The position numbers and the translations under genes were made by a program. A DNA stretch of 29,838 nucleotides from a virus (Duplodnaviria; Caudoviricetes): the IMG/VR virus record IMGVR_UViG_3300043422_000050, positions 1 to 29,838 of that record; one strand, 5' to 3'. How positions within the stretch are numbered: the first letter of the stretch is position 1; each line of letters starts with the position of its first letter. The notes under the pieces were generated by a model. The model searched no databases. It had not been told where the DNA came from and worked only from the letters and a program-made list of their open reading frames with translations. Of this stretch, positions 16,422-24,789 are shown in pieces.

Positions 16422-17819
16422 ATGCTTTTTGGCGATTCAGCATTTAGCGAGGCACCGTTTGCCGCGTTACCCGACAACGGCGCCTCCATTACCGAAGTCG
16501 CCGTTGCAACGGATTCGGTTGTTGCGACTCTCATCGTCAATCCCGTAATCACGGAAACGGCGGCCGCAACTGACGCAGTTGCTTCCTCCAACAACATCTT
16601 CAACGTTTCCCTGACGGAAGCAGCCACTGCGACCGACAATTTTGAGGGCGGGTTCCCGTACTTCTACGACCTCACGGAAAGCGTAACGGCCACCGACGTT
16701 GTTGATGGCGTCGCCATTGTTCGGCCATTTATCACGGAGACAGCGACAGCTACCGACGTTGTGGCGGTGGCAGCGAGCACGCTCAACCCGTCGATCACCG
16801 AGACCGCCACGGCCACGGATGCGGTTGCAGTTGCCGCCAGCACTTTCAGCATTGGCCTGACAGAGACCGCCACTGCAGCCGATGTTGTTGGTGCGGCCGG
16901 AAGCATTTACGGCGTTGACCTGACCGAGACTGGCACCCCTACCGATGTTGTATCCGCCCAACAGGCTGCGGCCGCAGCTTTGACGGAAACCGGTACCGCA
17001 ACGGATTCCGTGGCGTCTCAGCTTGACGCGGTTGCAGACTTGACTGAGGCCGGAACAGCTACGGATACGGTTTCTGCCCAGCACAACATGGTGGACAGCA
17101 TTGCTGAGACCGCCACCGCCACTGACTCTGTGTCGGCGCAGCATGATGTCGTCGAGTCGATCACGGAAACCGCCAGCGCCACTGACGCGCAAACCACCAC
17201 GATGGTGTCGCTTGCGGCTCAAGATGAAACTGCGACTGCAACCGATGCGGTTTCGGCTCAACAAGAGGTGTCCGAGTCCCTGACGGAAGCAGTTTCCGCA
17301 ACTGACGCGGTGTCCGCGCAGCACGACATGGTGGCTGACATTTCTGAGGCCGTCACAGCCACAGACACGCTGGACGTGGTTGGCGACTACAACGTCGACC
17401 TGACTGAAACTGCCGCAGCCGATGACTCTCAAGAGGCGCTTGTAGGCTTCTACGTCGATCTGACCGAGACCGCTACGGCCGAAGATGCCTACTTCACGGC
17501 GCAGGATTCTTTTGTTGAGATCGACGAAGAGGCACTGGCGCAGGAAGAGATCAGCACGGCTGGCAGCTCGCTGGGCGCGTTCATCGAAGAATCCTGCACC
17601 GCTACAGACTCGGTTTTTGCCCGATTCCTGTGGGAGTTGATTGATGACACGCAAACCGTCGCGTGGCAAAATGTCAACGATACCCAGACACCCGGCTGGA
17701 ACGGCGTCGGAACAGTGCAGACGTCAACATGGCAGAACGTGGCCAATACGCAGCCTGCCGATTGGCAAAACATTGACAACGCGGACGACGCCGCTTGGGC
17801 TGTCGTCGAAACTACATAA
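16422..17819 (+). CDS. very acidic repeat-rich putative fibre protein
   Basis: SD GGAGG; about 19 copies of a 20-22-aa unit with core [IL]TETATATDxV; C-terminal 11-aa Trp repeats. Confidence 0.75.
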   Translation: MLFGDSAFSEAPFAALPDNGASITEVAVATDSVVATLIVNPVITETAAATDAVASSNNIFNVSLTEAATATDNFEGGFPYFYDLTESVTATDVVDGVAIVRPFITETATATDVVAVAASTLNPSITETATATDAVAVAASTFSIGLTETATAADVVGAAGSIYGVDLTETGTPTDVVSAQQAAAAALTETGTATDSVASQLDAVADLTEAGTATDTVSAQHNMVDSIAETATATDSVSAQHDVVESITETASATDAQTTTMVSLAAQDETATATDAVSAQQEVSESLTEAVSATDAVSAQHDMVADISEAVTATDTLDVVGDYNVDLTETAAADDSQEALVGFYVDLTETATAEDAYFTAQDSFVEIDEEALAQEEISTAGSSLGAFIEESCTATDSVFARFLWELIDDTQTVAWQNVNDTQTPGWNGVGTVQTSTWQNVANTQPADWQNIDNADDAAWAVVETT

Positions 17820-17828
17820 GGACCAATC

Positions 17829-18725
17829 ATGGCAAGCTCGTACTCGGAACTTAAATTTGAACTGATCGCCACGGGTGAGCAGTCTGGTACGTGGGGCAAC
17901 ACCACAAACACCAACATCGGCACCGCCATCAACGAAGCGATTGCGGGCATGGCTGACATTGCAATCAGCGGCAGCACCACCCTGCCTTGGGCAAACACTG
18001 CTGCTTCTCAGGAAGCTCGCAATTTGGCCCTCCAGCTGAATGCCTCTGGTGTTTCTGCCGCCTTTGATCTGGTTGTGCCGACGATCCACAAGCAATACTT
18101 TGTGTTCAACGACGCTGGCTACACCGCCACGGTGAAGACATCTGCAGGCACTGGCATCAACGTGCCTACCGGTAAAAACGCGCCACTGTATGTAGATGGC
18201 ACTAACGTTGTTGCCCTGTTTGACTACCTGCCATCGCTGACTCTTGGCAACGCACTGCCGATCTCAAGCGGCGGTACGGGTTCTGGCACCGTCAGCGCGG
18301 GCATTGTCACCTCGACCGGCTCTGCATTTGGCAGCACGCCCAAACCCACCGGCACCGTTGTCGGCACATCTGACGCACAGACCCTGACGAACAAGGAAAT
18401 CCAGCCACGCGTCTATTCCGCAACATCCTTTGCCTCAACGTTTGCACCGGCTGCAGACGACTACGACATGTTTGTTGCTACGGCGCAGAGCGTAACCCCT
18501 GTGTATTTTGATACACCAACTGGCACGCCATACAACGGCCAGAAAATGATCATCCGCATGACGACCGCCTCAACGATCGCCGTATCGTTTAATGGGGCTG
18601 GCTATCGAGCGATTGGTGTTGCGCTTCCAACCTCTGTGTTGGGTACGTACACACTGTACATTGGTTGCATCTGGAACAGCACGGCCTCCAAGTGGGATGT
18701 CATCGCCGTAAACTCGGGACTGTAA
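17829..18725 (+). CDS. putative tail fibre / fibre-anchor protein
   Basis: MASSYSELKFELIATGEQSGTWG N-terminus; LPISSGGTG and AQTLTNK motifs common in phage fibres; C-terminal WDVIAV. Confidence 0.7.
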   Translation: MASSYSELKFELIATGEQSGTWGNTTNTNIGTAINEAIAGMADIAISGSTTLPWANTAASQEARNLALQLNASGVSAAFDLVVPTIHKQYFVFNDAGYTATVKTSAGTGINVPTGKNAPLYVDGTNVVALFDYLPSLTLGNALPISSGGTGSGTVSAGIVTSTGSAFGSTPKPTGTVVGTSDAQTLTNKEIQPRVYSATSFASTFAPAADDYDMFVATAQSVTPVYFDTPTGTPYNGQKMIIRMTTASTIAVSFNGAGYRAIGVALPTSVLGTYTLYIGCIWNSTASKWDVIAVNSGL

Positions 18726-18726
18726 T

Positions 18727-19959
18727 ATGGCAACGTACTACTGGATTGGCGGGTCTGGGGATTTCAACGACCCCGGGCTTATTCACTGGTCTTTGACGTC
18801 GGGCGGCATTCCATCTGGCCTTGTGCCGGGAAGCACTGACGACGTCGTATTTGACTCGGCTGGCGGGGTGGGCACGTGCACGTTTCTATCGGGCGTCACG
18901 GTCAACTCGTTTACGTGCAACAACAACTCGATCTCACTTAACGCTTCCGGTGGCGCATTAAACCTGCGTGTTCGTGGCGATCTGTCGCTGGCACAGGCAA
19001 ACAAAGCGCAAATCCAATCGCTGTTTGAGGGCGCAAGCTTCAAGCTGTACCTTGAGGCGACATCGACTGGAACCTACACGGTCAGCACAAACACACTGGA
19101 CATCACGGAGATCGTGGTCAGTCCGTCATCGTCAAGCACAAGCTACTACTTGACGTCGTTCAACACCATGGGTACCCCGGGGTACGTTTCCGCCAAAAAA
19201 CTCACCCTGACGAGCGGCAACGTTTACTTTGGCTACAACTACACGTACTCGTACCGGTTCGGAAATGTCAGCACAACGTCGCAGCACACAGCCATAGACG
19301 CTACAAGCGCCACCAGCAACTCGATCAACACATCGTCTTCCAACCCTGCTGTCACGATCACGGCGTACGGCGACGTGCTTTTTGGGAATCGCCAGTACCC
19401 CGTGAATTTTGCGGCGTCTACGATTCTGGAGTTCCGCGGCTCCGCCACCTCTCGCCAGCTGACCTTCAACTGGTCCTCGGGCGCCATCACTCTTTCCAAG
19501 ATTGCCAACTACACAGGCGAAGACATTTCCGGCGCCAGCGTCGGAGGTGGTGTTCAGCTTCAAATCAGCGGTGCGGCCATTCAGGTTGACCAGATTACTT
19601 GCACAGCTGCAGGCTCTGTGTCTGGGACCTATGCTCGCGGCATCACGTTTGACAGCACGTACCAGACAACGTTCACCAACGTATACACAGTCCCGCTGAA
19701 CGCTGTGGGTGACGCCACCAACCAAGTAATCTTGACCGCCCCTGCGTCGGGGTTGGGGTATGCCGAAATTCAAGCGGACTACGGCGGCTCAAGCAACGGC
19801 ATACTGCAGGTGTATTTCTGCACACTGTCAAAACTGCATGCGAGTGCTGCTGGCCAGTATCTGGCGTACACAGGAAACGGCAACATCGATGGCGGCAGCA
19901 ACCAGAACTGGGTGTTTAGCCCAACAGCCACTGGCGCATTCTTCACGTTTTTCTACTGA
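18727..19959 (+). CDS. putative receptor-binding / beta-helix virion protein
   Basis: YYWIGGSGDF...WS...PGSTDDVVFD N-terminal motif; S/T/G-rich; ends GAFFTFFY. Confidence 0.65.
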   Translation: MATYYWIGGSGDFNDPGLIHWSLTSGGIPSGLVPGSTDDVVFDSAGGVGTCTFLSGVTVNSFTCNNNSISLNASGGALNLRVRGDLSLAQANKAQIQSLFEGASFKLYLEATSTGTYTVSTNTLDITEIVVSPSSSSTSYYLTSFNTMGTPGYVSAKKLTLTSGNVYFGYNYTYSYRFGNVSTTSQHTAIDATSATSNSINTSSSNPAVTITAYGDVLFGNRQYPVNFAASTILEFRGSATSRQLTFNWSSGAITLSKIANYTGEDISGASVGGGVQLQISGAAIQVDQITCTAAGSVSGTYARGITFDSTYQTTFTNVYTVPLNAVGDATNQVILTAPASGLGYAEIQADYGGSSNGILQVYFCTLSKLHASAAGQYLAYTGNGNIDGGSNQNWVFSPTATGAFFTFFY

Positions 19960-19966
19960 GGCAATT

Positions 19967-20236
19967 ATGAACTGGTCCGATCTTCTAAAAGCAGTCATCC
20001 CTGTCATCGTAGCGTCGCTTGCGTGGCTGCTCGGGCAGGTTGCAGACTTCTCCACGCGCTTGACCAAGATCGAGGGCAACATGCCCGCGCTCATCACCAA
20101 AGAGGGCGTCCCTACGGATAGCCCAATCTCGGCAGAAAAACGAGCTTTGCAAAAAGAGCAGTTGATGACGCACATCAACGAGCTGCAGGTCAAAGTCCGG
20201 CTGCTGGAAGAACGTGAAAGGATGGCCAAAAAATGA
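19967..20236 (+). CDS. membrane-anchored coiled-coil protein, possibly a lysis accessory
   Basis: SD GAGG before ATG 19967; N-terminal TM LLKAVIPVIVASLAWLLG, then coiled coil; directly upstream of the holin. Confidence 0.65.
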   Translation: MNWSDLLKAVIPVIVASLAWLLGQVADFSTRLTKIEGNMPALITKEGVPTDSPISAEKRALQKEQLMTHINELQVKVRLLEERERMAKK

Positions 20237-20643
20237 TCGGCATTGACGCACTTTTGGCTGTTGGTGGCAAGCTCATCGACAAGCTGATTCCAGACCCCGA
20301 AGCCAAAGCCAAGGCTCAACTTGATCTGGCAAAGCTGGCCCAAGACGGTGAGCTGGCGCAGATGGCCAACGACGCCAAGTTGTTCGAGGTGGAGCAAACC
20401 AATGTTACCGACCGGTGGCAAGCAGATATGGCGTCCGACTCTTGGCTGTCCAAGAACATCCGCCCAATGGCCTTGATCGCCATCTTTGTTGCATACTTTG
20501 TGTTTACGATGATGTCCGCTTTTGGATACAACGCACAAGAGTCCTATGTCCAGTTACTTGGGCAGTGGGGGCAGATCATCTTCCTTGCCTACTTTGGCGG
20601 CCGCACCATCGAAAAGCTCGCTGACATGAAGGCCAAGAAATGA
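20233..20643 (+). CDS. holin (GTA 3TM-like)
   Basis: LIDKLIPDP, RWQADMASDSWLSKNIRP and AYFGGRTIEK motifs with hydrophobic helices; adjacent to the endolysin. Confidence 0.75.
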   Translation: MIGIDALLAVGGKLIDKLIPDPEAKAKAQLDLAKLAQDGELAQMANDAKLFEVEQTNVTDRWQADMASDSWLSKNIRPMALIAIFVAYFVFTMMSAFGYNAQESYVQLLGQWGQIIFLAYFGGRTIEKLADMKAKK

Positions 20644-21152
20644 AAGAGAATTTCCAAAAAGCGCTGGAGGCCGTGCTTCACCATGAGGGCGGCTTTGTTA
20701 ATCACCCGGACGATCCGGGCGGGATGACCAATTTGGGCGTGACCAAAAAAGTCTGGGAAGAGTGGGTCGGCCACGATGTCGATGAAAAGACTATGCGTGC
20801 GCTGACACCCGCGCAGGTGGCCCCCATGTACAAGGCCAAATACTGGGACAAAATCCGGGGCGACGCCCTGCCAGAAGGGGTAGACTACGTAGTCTTCGAC
20901 GCCGCCGTTAACAGTGGCCCCGGCCGGGCGGCCAAGTGGTTGCAGGCCTGCGTTGGCGTGGACCCTGACGGTGGCATTGGCCCCAAAACTCTTGCGGCCG
21001 TAGCCGCGTTTGCACCTGCAGAACTAGCCGATGACTACTCCAAGCGCCGACTGTCGTTCTTGATGGATTTGCCACACTGGGGTACATTTGGTAAAGGCTG
21101 GAGCCGCCGCGTGGCGGAAGTGCAATCTACGGCCGCATCCATGACCGCATGA
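20640..21152 (+). CDS. endolysin, glycoside hydrolase family 108 with C-terminal peptidoglycan-binding domain
   Basis: HEGGFVNHPDDPGGMTNLGVT catalytic motif, FDAAVNSG, FGKGWSRR. Confidence 0.92.
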   Translation: MKENFQKALEAVLHHEGGFVNHPDDPGGMTNLGVTKKVWEEWVGHDVDEKTMRALTPAQVAPMYKAKYWDKIRGDALPEGVDYVVFDAAVNSGPGRAAKWLQACVGVDPDGGIGPKTLAAVAAFAPAELADDYSKRRLSFLMDLPHWGTFGKGWSRRVAEVQSTAASMTA

Positions 21153-21160
21153 GGTAATCC

Positions 21161-23008
21161 GTGCCACTTAAAAAACTCCTCTTAAAAGCCGGTGTAAACC
21201 GCGAAAACACCCGCTACACATCGGAGAACGGGTGGTATGACTGCGACAAAATCCGTTTCCGTCAGGGCACTCCAGAGAAAATCGGCGGCTGGCAGCAGGT
21301 TTCTACCAACACCTTTTTGGGTGTGGCCCGCTCTTTGTGGAACTGGGCAACGCTCGCCTCACAAAACCTGCTTGGTATCGGCACCAACCTGAAGTTCTAT
21401 ATTGAGCAGAGCGGCACGTACTACGACATCACCCCAATTCGCAGCACCGTCACCCTGACCAACCCGTTCACTATGGTGGACACCGAAACCACGGTGGCGG
21501 TCCTTGATGTTGCCCACGGCGCCAGAACTGGTGACTTCGTGACGTTCAGTAACTGTGCAACCTCCGGCGGCTTGGTAATGGACGGAGAGTTCCAGATCAC
21601 TGTGGTCGACGCGGACAACTACACCGTTGAGTCACCCACCCCTGCGACATCCAACCAAGCGGGCGGCGGCGGGGCTGTTGATGCCGTGTACCAGATCAAT
21701 ACCGGCGCAGCGATTCAAGAACCCGTCTCCGGCTGGGGTGCTGGTCCTTGGAGCTATGGTACGTGGGGCGCGGCCGTCACAAACCCTGAGCTCTTGCGAC
21801 TCTGGAGCCAGTCCAACTTTGGCGAAGACCTGATCTTTGGCTACAACGGTGGCGAAATCTACTACTGGGATGCCACGAACGGTCTTGCCACGAGGGGTGT
21901 TTTGCTCTCATCTTTGTCCGGTGCGGCCGACGTCCCCGTTGTGCAGAACAACATTTTGGTGTCGGACATCAACCGCTTTGTGTTCGCGCTGGGTTGCAAC
22001 GACTACGGCTCCACTACCCTAGACCCAATGCTGATCCGGTGGTCCGATCAGGAAGACCCAACAAACTGGGCTCCTGCTGCCACCAATCAGGCGGGCTCTT
22101 TGCGACTGTCGCGTGGCTCCCTCATCGTCACAGGCACGCAGGCCCGTCAGGAAGTCTTGGTCTGGACAGACGCAGCCGTGTATTCGCTGCAGTATCTTGG
22201 CGCTCCTGCCGTTTGGGGTGCTCAGCTGGTGGGCGAGAACACATCCATCGTGGGCCAGAACGCTGTGGCATACGCCAGCGGTACCGCCTTTTGGATGGGC
22301 GTGGACAAGTTCTACAAGTACGACGGCCGCACTCAAACGCTGCGCTGCGACCTGCGCCAGCACATCTTCTCCGACATCAACCAAGAGCAGTTTGATCAGG
22401 TGTTTGCCGGAACCAACGAGGGCTTCAACGAGGCTTGGTGGTTCTACTGCTCCGCCGACTCGACCGTTGTGAACCGGTACGTTGTGTACAACTACCTTGA
22501 GGACATCTGGTACTTCGGCACTATGGAGCGCACCGCTTGGCTGGACTCCGGCCTGCGCCCTTACCCTGTGGCGGCAACGTATTCGTACAACATCGTCAAC
22601 CACGAGAGCGGCGTAGACGACAACGAGACCGCAACGACGCTGCCAATTGAGTCGTACGTTGGTTCGGCTGAGTTTGACCTCGACGACGGCCACACCTTCT
22701 GCTACGTGTGGCGCGTATTGCCTGACATTACGTTCCGGGGCTCCACGGCAACAAACCCGAGCGTGGTGATGACCTTGCTGCCCATGAAGAACTCTGGCTC
22801 TGGGTACACGACCCCGGCATCCACTGGCGGCGAGAACTTCGCGGACGTCACCCGATCCGCCGTGTTGCCAATTGAAGCCTTCACCGGCCAGATCTTCACC
22901 CGGGTTCGCGGCCGACAGCTGGTCATGCGCATTGAGTCCAGCGACCTTGGTGTGACGTGGCAGCTTGGCGCTCCCCGACTTGATATGCGCCCAGACGGGA
23001 GACGCTGA
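21161..23008 (+). CDS. putative tail nozzle / DNA-stabilisation (P22 gp10-like) protein
   Basis: GTG start, SD GAGGT; 615 aa beta-propeller-like pattern, IRWSDQEDPTNW; C-terminal RVRGRQ...PDGRR. Confidence 0.65.
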   Translation: MPLKKLLLKAGVNRENTRYTSENGWYDCDKIRFRQGTPEKIGGWQQVSTNTFLGVARSLWNWATLASQNLLGIGTNLKFYIEQSGTYYDITPIRSTVTLTNPFTMVDTETTVAVLDVAHGARTGDFVTFSNCATSGGLVMDGEFQITVVDADNYTVESPTPATSNQAGGGGAVDAVYQINTGAAIQEPVSGWGAGPWSYGTWGAAVTNPELLRLWSQSNFGEDLIFGYNGGEIYYWDATNGLATRGVLLSSLSGAADVPVVQNNILVSDINRFVFALGCNDYGSTTLDPMLIRWSDQEDPTNWAPAATNQAGSLRLSRGSLIVTGTQARQEVLVWTDAAVYSLQYLGAPAVWGAQLVGENTSIVGQNAVAYASGTAFWMGVDKFYKYDGRTQTLRCDLRQHIFSDINQEQFDQVFAGTNEGFNEAWWFYCSADSTVVNRYVVYNYLEDIWYFGTMERTAWLDSGLRPYPVAATYSYNIVNHESGVDDNETATTLPIESYVGSAEFDLDDGHTFCYVWRVLPDITFRGSTATNPSVVMTLLPMKNSGSGYTTPASTGGENFADVTRSAVLPIEAFTGQIFTRVRGRQLVMRIESSDLGVTWQLGAPRLDMRPDGRR

Positions 23009-24393
23009 TGACTTTGATTGTCACAACAGACTACGAGCTGCAAAAGATCGCTCCTCCTGCGTTGCCGTTGGCCACGGACGAATACTCCAAGGGCTACCAA
23101 GACCAGCTCAACAACGTGTTGCGTCTGTACTTCAACCGGCTCAACAACATTTTGGGGCAGCTTATGGCCATCGACTCATCCATCCCGATCTCCTTTCCGC
23201 CGACCGCACTGGATGCGTTTGGCCGCCAGCGCGTAAGCCAGCCGTACACGCTGTTCGACAGCCAGCAGCGTTACGCCGCGGACAATCAATTTGACACAAG
23301 CACCGCCAACGGTGGCACGACCACGTATTTGTCCAACGAGTCTTCGGTGCAGATGTCGGTTGCCGCAACCACCGACTCAGAAGCGGTGCGCCAGTCGTTT
23401 CGCTCCATGTCGTACCAGCCGGGCAAGGGTTTGCTGGTGCTTGCCACTTTCGCTTTCAACACCCCAACGGCCAACATCCGGCAGCGGGTGGGTTACTTCA
23501 ACACCCAGAACGGCGTATTCTTCCAAGCCGATGGCACGACGCTTTCGATGGTGCTGCGGTCCAACTCTCTGCCAACGCCGGGCACCCCAAGCGACATCCG
23601 CACGATCCCGCAGGCCAGCTGGAACGGAGACAAGCTGGATGGTACTGGCGCATCAGGGATTACCCTTGACCCCAGCAAGTCGCAGATTTTCTGGTGCGAC
23701 TTTGAGTGGCTGGGCGTAGGCTCTGTGCGTACTGGATTCGTGATCAACGGCCAGTACATTGTTTGCCACACATTCAACAACGCCAACGAGATCGGCTCGG
23801 TCTACATGACCACGGCCATCCTGCCCGTGCGCTACGAGATCAAGAACCTGTCCAACCTTGTCACGGCAAGCATGAAGCAGATTTGCTCCAACGTGGTCTC
23901 CGAGGGTGGATACGAGCAGTACTCCCCAAGCCACTTGGCCCGACGCACAACCAAGCTGGCCAACATTCAAACGACCTTCTTGCCTGTTGTGTCCATTCGA
24001 CTGGACTCCTCTGCGCTTGGTGCCGTGGTTATTCCGGGGCGGATGCAAGTGGTGCCGATCGCCAGCCAAACTTATGAAGTGGCACTTTTCGTCAACGCAT
24101 CGCTCACGGGTGCGTCGTGGTCTTCTGTTCCAACAGATGCCAATGTCCAAATGGACACCTCGGCCACAGCCATGACGGGCGGAACTTTGGTCCAGACGGA
24201 CTACTTGGACGCCTCTGGCAGCGGTGGCAAAGCGCCTTTGGTTGATCCTGCCGGTTACAACTGGGCGCTTCAGCTGGGGACGTCTCTGACCGGTGTTAGC
24301 GATGTGCTGACTCTGGCTATCCGCACGCTTGATTCCGCCACCCCTCAAGGGGAATGTTACGGTACCATTGCCTTTTGGGACCTGACGCAGTAA
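23008..24393 (+). CDS. putative virion structural protein (N-terminal helical anchor plus large beta domain)
   Basis: TGATG overlap; APPALP...QLNNVLRLYFNRL helix followed by a domain beginning DAFGRQRVS with YQPGKG and EWLGVGSVRTGF. Confidence 0.65.
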   Translation: MTLIVTTDYELQKIAPPALPLATDEYSKGYQDQLNNVLRLYFNRLNNILGQLMAIDSSIPISFPPTALDAFGRQRVSQPYTLFDSQQRYAADNQFDTSTANGGTTTYLSNESSVQMSVAATTDSEAVRQSFRSMSYQPGKGLLVLATFAFNTPTANIRQRVGYFNTQNGVFFQADGTTLSMVLRSNSLPTPGTPSDIRTIPQASWNGDKLDGTGASGITLDPSKSQIFWCDFEWLGVGSVRTGFVINGQYIVCHTFNNANEIGSVYMTTAILPVRYEIKNLSNLVTASMKQICSNVVSEGGYEQYSPSHLARRTTKLANIQTTFLPVVSIRLDSSALGAVVIPGRMQVVPIASQTYEVALFVNASLTGASWSSVPTDANVQMDTSATAMTGGTLVQTDYLDASGSGGKAPLVDPAGYNWALQLGTSLTGVSDVLTLAIRTLDSATPQGECYGTIAFWDLTQ

Positions 24394-24402
24394 GGAGCCC
24401 AC

Positions 24403-24789
24403 ATGACCCCCGACGAAATCCTTGAAATTGACGCAAAGCGAAACCATAAGCCCGGCACTCAGGCGGGGCACCTACGGGCGCTTATAAATGAGCAACTGCA
24501 AGAAAACCAAGCCGAAGTTGTCCAGTCGGGCGATACGCTGATTGTGTTTTCTAACTCTGATGGCGACGATGATGTGGAGTACCATTGCTTCAATGCGGAT
24601 ACCCCACAAAACCTTGCGGCTAACGTCCTGCGGTTCTTCGACATGGCTAAAAAATTGGGTTACAAAACCGCAACTACACCGTATGAAAACCCAAAGATTT
24701 CTGATTTGTTCACCCAGATTATTGCCAAAAAGCACAAGGTTGACATAAAACGCAATCGTGATCACTACGAAGCGAAAGTGAGACTGTAA
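24403..24789 (+). CDS. hypothetical protein
   Basis: SD TAAGGAG; TAATG overlap with the next gene; visibly more AT-rich. Confidence 0.75.
   Translation: MTPDEILEIDAKRNHKPGTQAGHLRALINEQLQENQAEVVQSGDTLIVFSNSDGDDDVEYHCFNADTPQNLAANVLRFFDMAKKLGYKTATTPYENPKISDLFTQIIAKKHKVDIKRNRDHYEAKVRL

Noticed and set aside
16480-17620. Periodic ~60-66-nt DNA repeats as a possible CRISPR array or DGR repeat pair
   Set aside because: Degenerate at synonymous positions and in frame, so they are protein repeats; no identical repeats with spacers, no adenine-specific variation, no RT or cas gene
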